IMG/VR virus record: IMGVR_UViG_3300042569_001770
Direction: 5' to 3' (one strand)
Length of the DNA stretch: 60,188 nt
Origin: an uncultured virus (IMG/VR IMGVR_UViG_3300042569_001770)
Taxonomy: Duplodnaviria; Heunggongvirae; Uroviricota; Caudoviricetes
Every line of letters starts with the position of its first letter. Position 1 is the first letter of the stretch. The notes under the pieces are model-generated. The model searched no databases. It was given only the letters and a program-made list of their open reading frames with translations, and was not told the DNA's origin. Shown in pieces: positions 1 through 10,825 of this stretch. Made by a program: the position numbers and the translations under genes.

Positions 1-1
1 T

Positions 2-844
2 TAAAGTATCATATATTATTGAACTAGTATATTGTGTTAAAACATAACTATTATATAAAGGCAGGGAACTAATAGAATCGTAAAAGGAACTTAAATAATT
101 AATAGAAATATATGAGGGTGAAGAAATATAATGAGAAGTCAATACATAACTAACACTAGTTATTATATCCTGAATGGATGTTGAACTGATTAACCACTCT
201 CTAGTATAATCTCCTGTTAAAAAATCATTTAAAGATACGATATTTTCAAAAGAAGATACATAGCTAGAACTAGTTGAATACCATACAGAAGACGCGGTTT
301 GTGTCATTTGATATACAACAAAAGAATTAAGATCTCCCGTGTCATTAAGGCCGTTTAAGATATTATTTAATTCTTGAAAATTATACGCAGACAAACCCAA
401 TTCGGACGACGTTAATATTTCATAATAACTTTTGACAGAAGCAGATAAAGGGTATAAAAATAATTGTGACGGATAAACAGTTGCCCCATAATATGTCGGT
501 TCTTCTGACGCCAACATTAAAGATCCAAAAACATTACCCCTGTTTTGTTTTCTGAGAGCAGATGGAGACCATGAAAATGTTAAATTAGGAATAACATTAG
601 TATTAAATTGTAAATCATTTTGCGTTACAAAAAAAACAGAATTACTAGACAATCCAACCAATTCATTTATTTTTGGAGGTGTATATGTTAATTCTGTAAT
701 GTCATTGTCTTCTGTGTAATAGGGAGCACACAAAAATTTTACAGGCATTTGATTAAACCTATAATCTATAACAGATGGATTTATGCTATAAACATATCTT
801 TCATCAGGCCAAACACCAGACACAGAAACTACATAAGGATTCAT
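2..844 (-). CDS. Structural (baseplate/tail-associated) protein, N-terminal part; runs off the window edge
   Basis: Read by hand: ATG at 844 (MNPYVVSVSGVWPDERYVYSINP...), open to position 2; TAAATA late-type motif upstream; follows baseplate genes. Confidence 0.7.
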   Translation of the reverse strand, partial: MNPYVVSVSGVWPDERYVYSINPSVIDYRFNQMPVKFLCAPYYTEDNDITELTYTPPKINELVGLSSNSVFFVTQNDLQFNTNVIPNLTFSWSPSALRKQNRGNVFGSLMLASEEPTYYGATVYPSQLFLYPLSASVKSYYEILTSSELGLSAYNFQELNNILNGLNDTGDLNSFVVYQMTQTASSVWYSTSSSYVSSFENIVSLNDFLTGDYTREWLISSTSIQDIITSVSYVLTSHYISSPSYISINYLSSFYDSISSLPLYNSYVLTQYTSSIIYDTL

Positions 845-865
845 TTATTATAATTATCTTATTAT

Positions 866-3800
866 TTAAATTAATCCCAATCCTTTTTGCAATTCAAAAT
901 TAATCATTCTGTCTATCAAACCATTTTCCTCATACCACTGTTCTATATTTTGATTTTTAGGTAGAGTAGTTTGTTGATTATTCCAATCTATAATATTTTC
1001 TGTCATATAATCTGAAGAACTTAAATTGGGTATCAATGTAGAATTTGGAATATATTGGTAAAACTCATAAAAATTGCCCCAGTATTCCGGCAACCCTATA
1101 GAACTAGCTAGCACAGACAGATTATATATACTTTGATTATTTAAAATTCCGGTATTTATTTTTCGATATTTTTGTGTTCCTCTATTTTTTAATATTACAG
1201 GATACCCAGCCGACACATTATAGGTGTCTGTAAATATTTGTTCTCCTTTGTTTAACAGTTTTTCTCTACCACAATAGGAACAAGTACCTACATTATATTC
1301 ATTTTTATTGTAAATGTCTCCACAGTTACAAACAACACCCATTAAGCGAGAAGGATTAATGGAACAATTGTCAACAATTCTAGTTAATCCTTCTGGAAAA
1401 TAAAATTTAAAATCATTGTCTTCAAACTTTATTTTGCGCATCATTTCTTGCAAATGTTTTAAATCGCATATATCAGGATCTCCAGAATTACCTACAAAAT
1501 TGGCAATTTTGTCATATAATTTTAATCCTGGATCATTTGGTTCATAAGGATATGTACCAAATATAGAACCAAAAAATCCTTTTTGATCAGAAAGTGGTTG
1601 TCTTATGTTTTGTATATTGCCATCCAAATCATTTAATTCCTGTTTTAATTTTGCCAACTCTTCTTCGTTGCCTAATAAATTTTCACCACCTTCAAGGTTA
1701 TAAATTTTTGTATTAATGTCTCTCCTGGTTAAATTAACAGAATCCACAGTTTCTTGTACCTTTTCGGTATTATTATATAAATTATCAAATAAAAATGGAC
1801 TATCTTGCAAAGAGGGCATAAAACTAAAATCCCTCATATATTTGGCCATATTAAAGTTTTCAGTTTTAGTAAAAAATTTATATGCCTCTGGTTGTGCTAA
1901 CCATATATTTTTACATTCTCCGGATAAAAAATACATATTAGTACCTGGTTTGTAACTAAATTTGTAAGACCATCGCCACCCAGTCCAATCTCCATTAGCT
2001 CGTAAAGAACAAATATATGGAGAAGCTTTAGGTATAAAATTTCCGTTATTTTTTAACAAATTACCATTTGAATCTGTTTCATATTCTATTTTTGCCGGAT
2101 TTGAACAAAATGAAGATTCCACAGCCAGAGTATCAGGATTTATAGCAACCACTCTGTTGTCTAAAGAATTTATAACATAAATTTTATGATTTACGTTATA
2201 GGCCAAACCATCTAAAATACTATTATTGACTTTATCATTTATTGTATCTGGCACAATTCTTAACAAAGAAAATTTATTATTTTCTTTGTTAATCTTTCCT
2301 AGCATATTATATCCGTATGTAAAATAAAGATTATTATTTTTATCAAGACTTAAATGTTTTATTGCAGGGTATTTACCATATTTAATAATAGTATCACCGC
2401 GATATTGTCCGGTGTATTCATACGGTGCGGTAAAAAATTTAAGTGGTTCCCATGTAACTTTTTCTATATAAGAAACTGGTTGATATATAAATTTATTATT
2501 GACAGAAATATGTCCCCCTCTCACTATATATACATCTCCCTTTGAATCTACTATTATATTACCTGGTTCTGCATCTTGATAATAGACACTACCCGTAGAA
2601 ACAGACAAGTCGTTATTATACCTTAATAAACTTCCTTTTAAATTTTGAAAAAAACTATCTGAAGATTTTCCGGGTGTATATAAACAACTTATAAATACCG
2701 AATTATCAGGTCCAACATCTATACACACCGGTTTGGTATATTCTAATAGTAAGGTGTTTATTAAAACACCATCATCATTAAATTTTAATACCATACCCGC
2801 ATCCCACAAAGCAACAAAAAGATTTAAATTACCGTCTACAACCATACTATGTGGTGTAAATTTTGATTTCCCGTAACCAGACAAAATTTCAGATAATTTT
2901 ATAACTTTATAAATACTTCCGGAGGTTGTTAACCTGTATATTAAATCATTTTCTACATCAGACACCCAAGCATGATATGTTGGGCTATTCAATGCTGCCA
3001 CAGCATAAAGACCACTGAGCCGATTTTTGTTGTCGTAAACACTTGAAACATAACTGTCCCTTTTTACTGCTACATTTAGGTTATTAATCAGTGCTGTGTT
3101 TAAATTTGGATTTTTTTTAACAGTTGCTATTTTTCTTTTTTCTTCCTTGAAAAATTGCTTATATGTATCTATTTCATTAGTGTTAAAATATTGAGGACTA
3201 TTAATTATAGCATTTTTAGTAAAAATATATTGTGCAGCAGTTACTTTGGCATTTGTTGCGTCAGGCAACCACAAAAACGGATTATATGTTTCTCCGTATA
3301 ATACAGGTTCATAAGCACTCAGTGTAGCGGACAGACTAACAATGCCTGGGTCTTTTTTTTCAAAAATTGTTTTATAATATCCGCCTGTCATGAATTGATT
3401 TTCATCTGTATGTTTTACAACCAATGGATATTCTGAAGGGTTCAAATACGACGAAATGGCATTTGTCATATTAGAAAAACCCAAATCTAAAAATGTTTTT
3501 TCGTTTTTGTTGTTAGGTATATAATGTGCGAACCCCTTTTCTTTATCTGGTAATTGTATAACTCCCTCGGAGTTGTGATTATCTAATACTACTTCATTCT
3601 TATACCCAATCTTTATGACCAGAGGAATATCAGACCCGGCCCATTGTATTTCTGGTATATCTTGCATACCGTTAGAGGTTATTTGTAACGTATCAGGTTT
3701 ACGCCAAAGAGTAACATAAGGACACCAGGCTTGAGCTGTATTGTTTGCGTGCCCCAGATGTAATCCGTCCACGTTGTCCGTTATTTTGTTTGATCTGATA

Positions 3801-4777
3801 GAATTACTTCTCAGGGTAATCCAAAGTGTTGTGCATTGCTCTCCGTTTAAAACTTGATCAAAATTATACCAATCGTCTACAAAATAAAACTCGGCGTAAC
3901 CTCGCACACCTACAACTGTTCCACCACTATTTACGACATTTCCCTTTTCATTTATCCTCACCTCTTCATCCGTAGTTTGAATAAATTTAATAGGGTTTAA
4001 ATTTTTATCTAAAAATCTCCATTGAGATCTCAAAAATGAATATTTCGTAGGATAATCCAACAAGGGTTGTGATTTTGAAAACTGAGCATATAAATCAATT
4101 ATATGTGGTTCACTGTCAACCGTAGAAGTGATTTCTACTTTAAATGTATATCTATTTAAATGTCCTGCGTAAGTAGGTGGCGGAACTCTAACAAATTTTA
4201 TTGAATCATTTAAATATTCTTCAACGGTAATTAGTTGCTTACTAACAGTCTCTCTACCGTTTAAATCATAAACCAACATAGTTATCTCATACATGCCTGG
4301 CTGATCATATGTCGCCCCAATTAGAGAAAATTTATTAGTTATTACACCATTCCCCAAATCCCATTGTATGAATTTTATTTTTTCTCCATTTTTTCCGTAC
4401 AATTCTGGTATAGGAGTTAAATTAATTTTAGTTGCCCTTGCGTATATAGTGGGTTTAGAGGAATCTGCTGATGTGGTTATTAAAAAATTTTTAGCAAATG
4501 GTTTTTTTATGGTTATTGTAGTTTGCCAATCATATGTTTGAGATTTTTTAGAACCTGTCGGTAAATGAATTAACTTGAGTGTGACAGTATACTGACCTAT
4601 ATTTGAATAGGTTTTTGTAACATTCAGCTCTGTATTTGTTGTGATGGATCCGTCTCCCCAAATCCATCTAGCACTAATTATAGTAGAACTAGCAAAATGA
4701 TCTAAATTAAATCCAAATTGTGTTTCTCCGGGATAACCTTCGTTTTCAATTATATAATTTGAATATAAATAAACCAT
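866..4777 (-). CDS. Large baseplate-associated protein with N-terminal PKD (Ig-like) domains and a central beta-propeller-like region (gp7 position)
   Basis: PKD motifs WIWGDG...TYSNIGQYTVTL and WDLGNG...YDQPGMYEITM; NHL-like repeats; directly downstream of gp6. Confidence 0.65.
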   Translation of the reverse strand: MVYLYSNYIIENEGYPGETQFGFNLDHFASSTIISARWIWGDGSITTNTELNVTKTYSNIGQYTVTLKLIHLPTGSKKSQTYDWQTTITIKKPFAKNFLITTSADSSKPTIYARATKINLTPIPELYGKNGEKIKFIQWDLGNGVITNKFSLIGATYDQPGMYEITMLVYDLNGRETVSKQLITVEEYLNDSIKFVRVPPPTYAGHLNRYTFKVEITSTVDSEPHIIDLYAQFSKSQPLLDYPTKYSFLRSQWRFLDKNLNPIKFIQTTDEEVRINEKGNVVNSGGTVVGVRGYAEFYFVDDWYNFDQVLNGEQCTTLWITLRSNSIRSNKITDNVDGLHLGHANNTAQAWCPYVTLWRKPDTLQITSNGMQDIPEIQWAGSDIPLVIKIGYKNEVVLDNHNSEGVIQLPDKEKGFAHYIPNNKNEKTFLDLGFSNMTNAISSYLNPSEYPLVVKHTDENQFMTGGYYKTIFEKKDPGIVSLSATLSAYEPVLYGETYNPFLWLPDATNAKVTAAQYIFTKNAIINSPQYFNTNEIDTYKQFFKEEKRKIATVKKNPNLNTALINNLNVAVKRDSYVSSVYDNKNRLSGLYAVAALNSPTYHAWVSDVENDLIYRLTTSGSIYKVIKLSEILSGYGKSKFTPHSMVVDGNLNLFVALWDAGMVLKFNDDGVLINTLLLEYTKPVCIDVGPDNSVFISCLYTPGKSSDSFFQNLKGSLLRYNNDLSVSTGSVYYQDAEPGNIIVDSKGDVYIVRGGHISVNNKFIYQPVSYIEKVTWEPLKFFTAPYEYTGQYRGDTIIKYGKYPAIKHLSLDKNNNLYFTYGYNMLGKINKENNKFSLLRIVPDTINDKVNNSILDGLAYNVNHKIYVINSLDNRVVAINPDTLAVESSFCSNPAKIEYETDSNGNLLKNNGNFIPKASPYICSLRANGDWTGWRWSYKFSYKPGTNMYFLSGECKNIWLAQPEAYKFFTKTENFNMAKYMRDFSFMPSLQDSPFLFDNLYNNTEKVQETVDSVNLTRRDINTKIYNLEGGENLLGNEEELAKLKQELNDLDGNIQNIRQPLSDQKGFFGSIFGTYPYEPNDPGLKLYDKIANFVGNSGDPDICDLKHLQEMMRKIKFEDNDFKFYFPEGLTRIVDNCSINPSRLMGVVCNCGDIYNKNEYNVGTCSYCGREKLLNKGEQIFTDTYNVSAGYPVILKNRGTQKYRKINTGILNNQSIYNLSVLASSIGLPEYWGNFYEFYQYIPNSTLIPNLSSSDYMTENIIDWNNQQTTLPKNQNIEQWYEENGLIDRMINFELQKGLGLI

Positions 4778-4783
4778 ATTTAA

Positions 4784-6589
4784 TTAAAATTGAGTTGCGG
4801 AAATTTCAAACGGCGTTTTGAAAATGGATATTTGAGATTCTAATTTATCTAGATTATTGAATACTGGAAATTTAAAATCATCTAATAATAAGTTTTGCGT
4901 ATAAATCTTTTTATCATTATTGGGGTAATAATAATTCCAAGCCAACAAAGATATACCTTCTGTATATGTTTTAGTTTCTTCGTTATAGGTTTTGACATCT
5001 TCTATGTCATCCATAGACAAGATTTGATTAGTTATTTTATTTATATCGATATATTGTCCCAATTTAACATTTTTATGATCAAACTGTTCCGCAAACAACT
5101 CTTTAATTTTACCTATTATTACAGAATCTGATGTCGTTGCAGACCGTGTTTTATATATCATCAATTTATTAGCAGCCAAATTATTCAACGTCGGAGACTC
5201 TCCAGCGGCAGTTGGTGTCATAAAATCAAATATCATATAAACCGGTTCCATAGGAACCAATTCCGTTGTCACTATTTTCCAGGGTTCTAATCCGTTAATA
5301 ATCATTTCTTTTTGAGCAGGAGTCACAAATGATTGATTTTTGGTTTGTGGAACTACGCAAATGTACAAATTATTAAAATTACAAGCGTTCGCAAATTTAA
5401 CTTGATTATACAAAATATTAGTTTCAGAACTTGGATTTTTTAATCCAATATCATACATATATTTCATATATTTCATCAAATAATCATTATTATTCAATAT
5501 TTTAACGTCTTGAATAAGGTTTGAATAATTATTTTTTATATAAATTTCATAATCTAATTTCGTGGCTAATCTATATTGAGAACGGAAACTCTGTGGTGCA
5601 TTTTTACGCATTTCATCTACAGTTTCTTCTTCTTTAAACGATGTCGCCGGAAAGGCATTATTAATACCAACATTTCTAAGATCTGCCACAGATAGATAAT
5701 TGGCGTTCATGGCGTTTGTGTCTTCCAATACAATAGGATATAATAAAGAATTGTATCTTACTACAAATTGATCAGTTAACCCCCCAGCGCCAATTCTTAT
5801 ATCATCTGGTTCTATTCTTAGATAGTAAACCAAAACTTCATCCCCTGCATTTAATTTTTTACCATTAATATCATCCCCGAATATAATTTCATATCGTTTA
5901 TTCTCGTTATACCTTACTTCATAAACTGTTTCATTGGATGTGTGGAGAAAAAGTTCATTAACTTTTCTATACATAGTCCATTGATTAGAATTTCTTTCCT
6001 TAACGTATACGTCTATACTATAATGATCTACGAAAATATTTTCATCTAAAGTCAAATAAACAATTTCATTATCTAGACCCTTAGCAACATATACAGGATA
6101 TTCTTCATACAAACCCTGATGTAATAATATACTATCATCTAACGCCGTTATACTTTCTTTTTGATAATCTAATAATTTAGAAAAAGAAGTATCTTCTTTA
6201 AATGAAAAGGCAGTGCCCCCAATATTTACATAACTATATCGAGGTATGGTATAGTTGTTAGCTGCCATTTTTTCATTTACTGTAAATCTCACCGGAACAG
6301 ATGAAGTAACTTTTCCTACTGGTTTGTAACTTAATAATTTTACTATACGATTCATGTTTTCATATAGTTGTGCTTCAGAAAACATACTCTCTGAAGATGT
6401 TTTATTTAAATAAAATAATAAATTACCAAATACCAAACTTATAACATCTATTAAGGCAGATAAATTAGAACCCTGATAATTTTGATCTGTAAAAACCTTA
6501 CCTTTGTTTAAACGATCTACTATAAGAGATTTTAAACTTAAAGCGTCAAAATTTAAATAAGAATTTTTATCAAGATAATTTTCGTTCAT
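4784..6589 (-). CDS. gp6: Baseplate wedge subunit, T4 gp6-like
   Basis: FTDQNYQGSNLSALID, ESMFSEAQ, YEIIFGDDINGK, ETVDEMRKNAP...QYRLAT..DY motifs. Confidence 0.9.
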   Translation of the reverse strand: MNENYLDKNSYLNFDALSLKSLIVDRLNKGKVFTDQNYQGSNLSALIDVISLVFGNLLFYLNKTSSESMFSEAQLYENMNRIVKLLSYKPVGKVTSSVPVRFTVNEKMAANNYTIPRYSYVNIGGTAFSFKEDTSFSKLLDYQKESITALDDSILLHQGLYEEYPVYVAKGLDNEIVYLTLDENIFVDHYSIDVYVKERNSNQWTMYRKVNELFLHTSNETVYEVRYNENKRYEIIFGDDINGKKLNAGDEVLVYYLRIEPDDIRIGAGGLTDQFVVRYNSLLYPIVLEDTNAMNANYLSVADLRNVGINNAFPATSFKEEETVDEMRKNAPQSFRSQYRLATKLDYEIYIKNNYSNLIQDVKILNNNDYLMKYMKYMYDIGLKNPSSETNILYNQVKFANACNFNNLYICVVPQTKNQSFVTPAQKEMIINGLEPWKIVTTELVPMEPVYMIFDFMTPTAAGESPTLNNLAANKLMIYKTRSATTSDSVIIGKIKELFAEQFDHKNVKLGQYIDINKITNQILSMDDIEDVKTYNEETKTYTEGISLLAWNYYYPNNDKKIYTQNLLLDDFKFPVFNNLDKLESQISIFKTPFEISATQF

Positions 6590-6600
6590 ATAATATTATA

Positions 6601-7104
6601 TTACTTAGAAGACCCGGCTGTGGATTTTAATGTAACATCCATTGAAGATTGTTTGTTTATAGAAGGTATGGTATAAAAAATATTTATATAATAAGAATTA
6701 TCATCTGGTAATACCTGTACATCAATTTCTCTGACTTTAATTCGAGGTTCAAATTGAGCCAATTTACTCAACAAATAATGGCCTATAGCATCACCTCTAA
6801 CTTCTGTAACAGGATCAAATAAAAATTTGTGCAATTCCGTACCGAAATCGGGATCTAATACTTTTTGCCTGGGTTTGGTGTTTATAATATTACGCAAAGA
6901 ATTGCGTATAGCTTCCTCGTCAAAAGAAACTTTAACATCATTAGACACACCCGAAGCAATCCCAGTACCTACAGCAACTGCCATTTCTAAATCTAAATGC
7001 AAATCTGTATATACAACCCCATCAAAAGTCTCTTCTTTTACAGAAACCTGTTGCGTATTGACCTGTTTAGGCCTAATTAAATTATCTAAGCGAACTGTTG
7101 CCAT
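6601..7104 (-). CDS. gp25: Baseplate wedge protein, gp25-like
   Basis: YTDL, AIRNSLRNIINT...PDFGT.L..FLFDP, FEPRI motifs. Confidence 0.9.
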   Translation of the reverse strand: MATVRLDNLIRPKQVNTQQVSVKEETFDGVVYTDLHLDLEMAVAVGTGIASGVSNDVKVSFDEEAIRNSLRNIINTKPRQKVLDPDFGTELHKFLFDPVTEVRGDAIGHYLLSKLAQFEPRIKVREIDVQVLPDDNSYYINIFYTIPSINKQSSMDVTLKSTAGSSK

Positions 7105-7138
7105 TTTGGATAAATATACTTATAGAGAAAATACAAAT

Positions 7139-7669
7139 ATGTCAAAATTTAATAAATTCAATTTAGTTTTTGAAGCTGCCTATTCACGTTATGCCAATGG
7201 AGGTGCATTTAGAGAAAATACACCTGTCAAAATTAAAGAAGCGTATTTTAAAAGTCCTTATTATAAACAAAGGTACAGTGGAGATAAAACCTTTGATACT
7301 TGGCTTCGCGGTTTAGTAAAAGACGGTATATTTTTCTTTATACACCGAGTAAATCCGTCTGGATCCATGGCAGACACCAAAGACGCAAATAATGCATCTG
7401 GTTCTCCTTCTTTATTTTTGACCATTAAAACCGATCCTCGTTCTATAGCATATGCTACAGAATTTAATCAGTTTGATATGCCGGCTGATGAAAAATATTT
7501 AGAGATTTTAGATTTTGGCCCAAATCTTCCTCCGGTACAAGGTGTACCTAATAGATATGAAAGACCAACAACTGATCAAAAGTCGTATGAAGTTGAGGTC
7601 AATACTAAATTAGGTAATCAACCTAAAGATAATTCTTTACCCAAAAAGAATACTAAAATTAAAAGTTAA
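7139..7669 (+). CDS. Hypothetical late protein (176 aa)
   Basis: Start reassigned to ATG 7139 (MSKFNKFNLVFE), downstream of TAAATA; the longer ORF overlaps gp25. Confidence 0.7.
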   Translation: MSKFNKFNLVFEAAYSRYANGGAFRENTPVKIKEAYFKSPYYKQRYSGDKTFDTWLRGLVKDGIFFFIHRVNPSGSMADTKDANNASGSPSLFLTIKTDPRSIAYATEFNQFDMPADEKYLEILDFGPNLPPVQGVPNRYERPTTDQKSYEVEVNTKLGNQPKDNSLPKKNTKIKS

Positions 7670-8604
7670 GATTTTAAAGAATTTTCCATTGCAATTAAGC
7701 AGCAATAGAAATTAATTTCGTGATCTAAAACGAAATTATCTCTATACATATGTTCTCCTAAATCCAAAAGAAGCATTTTCTTTTTAATATCTTGCACTGA
7801 AGATTCATATATCAGATCAAATAATGATTTCATTAATTGTTGAAAATCATTATTGAAAAGTTTTTCATTTTCAATAACCACTCTTCTCAATTCTAATACC
7901 GGTTCTTTAGACAATAATTTTTTAAATAATGTGTCGGCAAAATTTAAAGAAGAATTTTCCTCTTGGATTTGCAATACACCAGACACAGAAAATTTTTGTA
8001 GATCATTAATAACCCTCCGAAGGTCTGGATATCTTTCATTAACAAATTTTGGTAACAATTTTTTCTGTGATTCATCTATTGTAACTTTTTCTTTTATTAA
8101 GATTTCTACACAACGAACCAAAACAGTATTTTCTTCGGGATTTAATTTAAACAATAAACACCTAGATTTAATGGGTTCTATAATCTTGTTTAAATAGTTA
8201 GACGTCAATATAAACCGTGTCGACTCCGAATATTCTTCCATCACATTACGTAATATGCGTTGTGCATCTCCCGTAGTTCCGCAAAACTCATCCAGTATAA
8301 CTACTTTCTTATTACCGTCCATAGAACGAGTTTGCGCGAAAGATATAACTTTATTACGGATAGTGTCAATACCATTTTCATCACTAGCATTGATGTAAAG
8401 GTATTGACACTTTAAAATATCTTTAACAATAATCTTTGCTAATGTTGTTTTACCCGTACCGGGACTACCATAAAACAACATATTAGGTATATCTTCATTC
8501 AGAGACTCGAAATGGCTTCGAGTCTCTTTAGAAAGAAGAATATCACTTAATTTTAATGGGCGATATCTCTCTACCCACAGATCATTGTAATGTGATACAG
8601 ACAT
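7666..8604 (-). CDS. gp44: Clamp loader AAA+ subunit (gp44/RFC small subunit-like)
   Basis: LWVERYRP, GSPGTGKTT, INASDENGID, IKSRC motifs. Confidence 0.92.
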   Translation of the reverse strand: MSVSHYNDLWVERYRPLKLSDILLSKETRSHFESLNEDIPNMLFYGSPGTGKTTLAKIIVKDILKCQYLYINASDENGIDTIRNKVISFAQTRSMDGNKKVVILDEFCGTTGDAQRILRNVMEEYSESTRFILTSNYLNKIIEPIKSRCLLFKLNPEENTVLVRCVEILIKEKVTIDESQKKLLPKFVNERYPDLRRVINDLQKFSVSGVLQIQEENSSLNFADTLFKKLLSKEPVLELRRVVIENEKLFNNDFQQLMKSLFDLIYESSVQDIKKKMLLLDLGEHMYRDNFVLDHEINFYCCLIAMENSLKS

Positions 8605-8609
8605 AGGTG

Positions 8610-9071
8610 TTACTTTCCGGAACTACCAAATCCTTTTTCTCCGCGTGCCGTCTCATCTGCCGTATCCGTCCATTCTGCAAATGGTGTAATTAGCGGATAA
8701 AAAATTAATTGTGCTACACGATCTCCTTTGGTGACTTTATAATCTTCATCTGAAAGGTTGTAAAGTTTAACACCTAGATCTCCTGTATAGCCATTGTCAA
8801 TAACCCCAAGATGTGGTTGGATACCATGTTTGAAACCTAGTCCTGAACGAGGTGCAATAGCACACCAGATATTAGGAGGCATACTAGCCAATTTCAAACC
8901 CGTATTTACTAAGGAGGATCCCTTAGCAGGAATAACCACTTCTTCTACAGAAGTTAAATCAAATCCTGTATCACCCTTATTGGCTCCGTTGGAATATTCC
9001 ATACGATGTTTAGGATTTGGTAATACTGCATCTTTGTGTGTTTTAATGAATTTAACGATTAGTTCTGTCAT
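8610..9071 (-). CDS. dut: Trimeric dUTPase
   Basis: GFDL, PRSGLG, GVIDNGYTG, GDRVAQ, RGEKGFGSSG motifs. Confidence 0.95.
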   Translation of the reverse strand: MTELIVKFIKTHKDAVLPNPKHRMEYSNGANKGDTGFDLTSVEEVVIPAKGSSLVNTGLKLASMPPNIWCAIAPRSGLGFKHGIQPHLGVIDNGYTGDLGVKLYNLSDEDYKVTKGDRVAQLIFYPLITPFAEWTDTADETARGEKGFGSSGK

Positions 9072-9151
9072 ACATGTTTATTATAAATGATATGGTCTCT
9101 TATTCAAGGATTATTTGAAAAATCTTCTAAGGTTGTAAATATTAATATATA

Positions 9152-9640
9152 ATGAGTGATAATAGCGAAATAGATTCGATAATAGATCAATTGAAAGCGG
9201 AGTCAGTGCCTAAATCTGCACAAATATCTGTTCCACGTACCAGTACACCAGTTCCAAATTTAACAGATGACAATGTCAATCAATATGTTTATAATAAAAC
9301 AGCTTCCGTCATAGAGTCTGGATTAGATGCTATCAATAATCTTAAAGACTTAGTTGCTACAGGACAAGACCCAAAAGAAATTTCGGCTTTAGCTCAATTA
9401 ATAGGGGCTACTACTAAGGCTATTGATAGTCTTAATAAAATTAATTTACAAATTAAAGACCACAAAAATAATATAGAAGTAGCCAAATTAGAAGCTGAGG
9501 GATATAAGGCTATGTCTAATAACACCACAAATGTTTTAGTAGCCACTAGAGATGAAATTATGGAAAGATTGTTTGATAAAGCATCAAACAAAAAGAATAA
9601 ATTAGAATTAGTTGATGCTGATTATACTAAAGATACTTAA
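9152..9640 (+). CDS. gp16: Terminase small subunit, gp16-like
   Basis: Helical core (ESGLDAINNL...ISALAQLI) and C-terminal NNTTNVLVATRDEIM resemble T4-type gp16; TAAATA upstream. Confidence 0.65.
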   Translation: MSDNSEIDSIIDQLKAESVPKSAQISVPRTSTPVPNLTDDNVNQYVYNKTASVIESGLDAINNLKDLVATGQDPKEISALAQLIGATTKAIDSLNKINLQIKDHKNNIEVAKLEAEGYKAMSNNTTNVLVATRDEIMERLFDKASNKKNKLELVDADYTKDT

Positions 9641-9850
9641 TTAACCCTTTTTTCTACCCCTGGCAGCTGCTGCATCAAATTTTCTTTTACCCATTCTTTT
9701 ACGACCAGCTGCAGCTGCAATAGCTCCAGCTTCTTTATAGGAAACACCTGAAGATTTGGCAATAGCTTTAACAAATTTATCTTTACCGTGTTTATCTTTA
9801 GGTCCTTCTAAAAGGAGTTGTTCGACTAAGGTATCAAATTTTGATTTCAT
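9641..9850 (-). CDS. Small basic protein with capsid-targeting-like leader
   Basis: MKSKFDTLVEQLLLE leader followed by a K/R-rich body. Confidence 0.6.
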   Translation of the reverse strand: MKSKFDTLVEQLLLEGPKDKHGKDKFVKAIAKSSGVSYKEAGAIAAAAGRKRMGKRKFDAAAARGRKKG

Positions 9851-10287
9851 TTTTTTCGTCTTTCTATTTCTTTTTCTAATTTACTTAGGAACTCTGTATG
9901 AGCTTTTGGTACAGTTTTAATTTGAAACCCGTATTTTCTTTTCTTTAAATCATTGTAAACCTTTTTAAGTTTTTCGTCGCTGATAGTATCCAAATCAGAA
10001 CCAGGATCTTCTTCTGAAGAATATTTTTCTTTGTGATTTTCTATTTTATCCAAAGCAAGCTCAAATTTATTAGCTTTTTCTGGTTCTGATTTGTAACCTA
10101 ATTTAGTCATTCTCAACCAATTATGGACTCTGCCATAATTGTGTTTATTGGGATGATCATTAAGAAACCTTAAAACAAAAGAAATCTTATCATCTACGTC
10201 TTTAATATCCCTAGCATCTGTTCTTACTATTTGCCAAGATATATTAAATTTATCTACATTTTCTGTAACAAAGGTTTTAAATGTCAT
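9847..10287 (-). CDS. Hypothetical protein with capsid-targeting-like leader
   Basis: MTFKTFVTE leader; TAAATA upstream. Confidence 0.65.
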   Translation of the reverse strand: MTFKTFVTENVDKFNISWQIVRTDARDIKDVDDKISFVLRFLNDHPNKHNYGRVHNWLRMTKLGYKSEPEKANKFELALDKIENHKEKYSSEEDPGSDLDTISDEKLKKVYNDLKKRKYGFQIKTVPKAHTEFLSKLEKEIERRKK

Positions 10288-10291
10288 ATTA

Positions 10292-10825
10292 TTATTTAGG
10301 TTGAAAGAAGTAAGGTATGTTTCTTTTTGTCCAAGTAGCTTTTACTATCTTTTTTCCGAATTTAAATTCCTGCTTAGCAGCATTGTAATAATTATGATAC
10401 CCTTTTACCGGATCGCCAGGAACAATACATTCCGGAAATGATACGGCAAAACACTGTGGATGAATAGTCTGATCTCCTTTTGGTATATTTGGTTGATTGT
10501 TATCAACCCATTTGAGAAAACTTTCAGTGAAATGGTCGCCACCAAAACGATATTTTAATTCGTTTCTCAATGCCCATATATGTTTTATTGTCCACTCAAA
10601 ATTAGAAGTATTTTGTCTCACCCATTTTGACATAGGATGATTATAATGACCATGAACTCTAGGTGTACCTTTTTGTGTACGCGGGCAATCTTCTTGAGCT
10701 AATCGTTCTAACGGATAAGCAGCCGCTAGTAACTGTGAACCTTCAATAATAATCTTATTGACATGCAGATCCTGATAGTACTCTGCTGCCTTAATAGGGT
10801 CTTCGTCTAATATAAAAAGATTCAT
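10292..10825 (-). CDS. Pyrimidine-dimer DNA glycosylase/DenV-related family protein
   Basis: MNLFILDEDP..AA....D.HVNK...E..QLL, HYNHP..KW, DPVKGY..YY pattern. Confidence 0.7.
   Translation of the reverse strand: MNLFILDEDPIKAAEYYQDLHVNKIIIEGSQLLAAAYPLERLAQEDCPRTQKGTPRVHGHYNHPMSKWVRQNTSNFEWTIKHIWALRNELKYRFGGDHFTESFLKWVDNNQPNIPKGDQTIHPQCFAVSFPECIVPGDPVKGYHNYYNAAKQEFKFGKKIVKATWTKRNIPYFFQPK

Noticed and set aside
6827..7138. N-terminal extension of the 280 aa ORF (likewise extensions at 36435, 37964, 38397, 54218, 56341)
   Set aside because: Extensions overlap neighbouring genes or run through promoter motifs; downstream starts fit better
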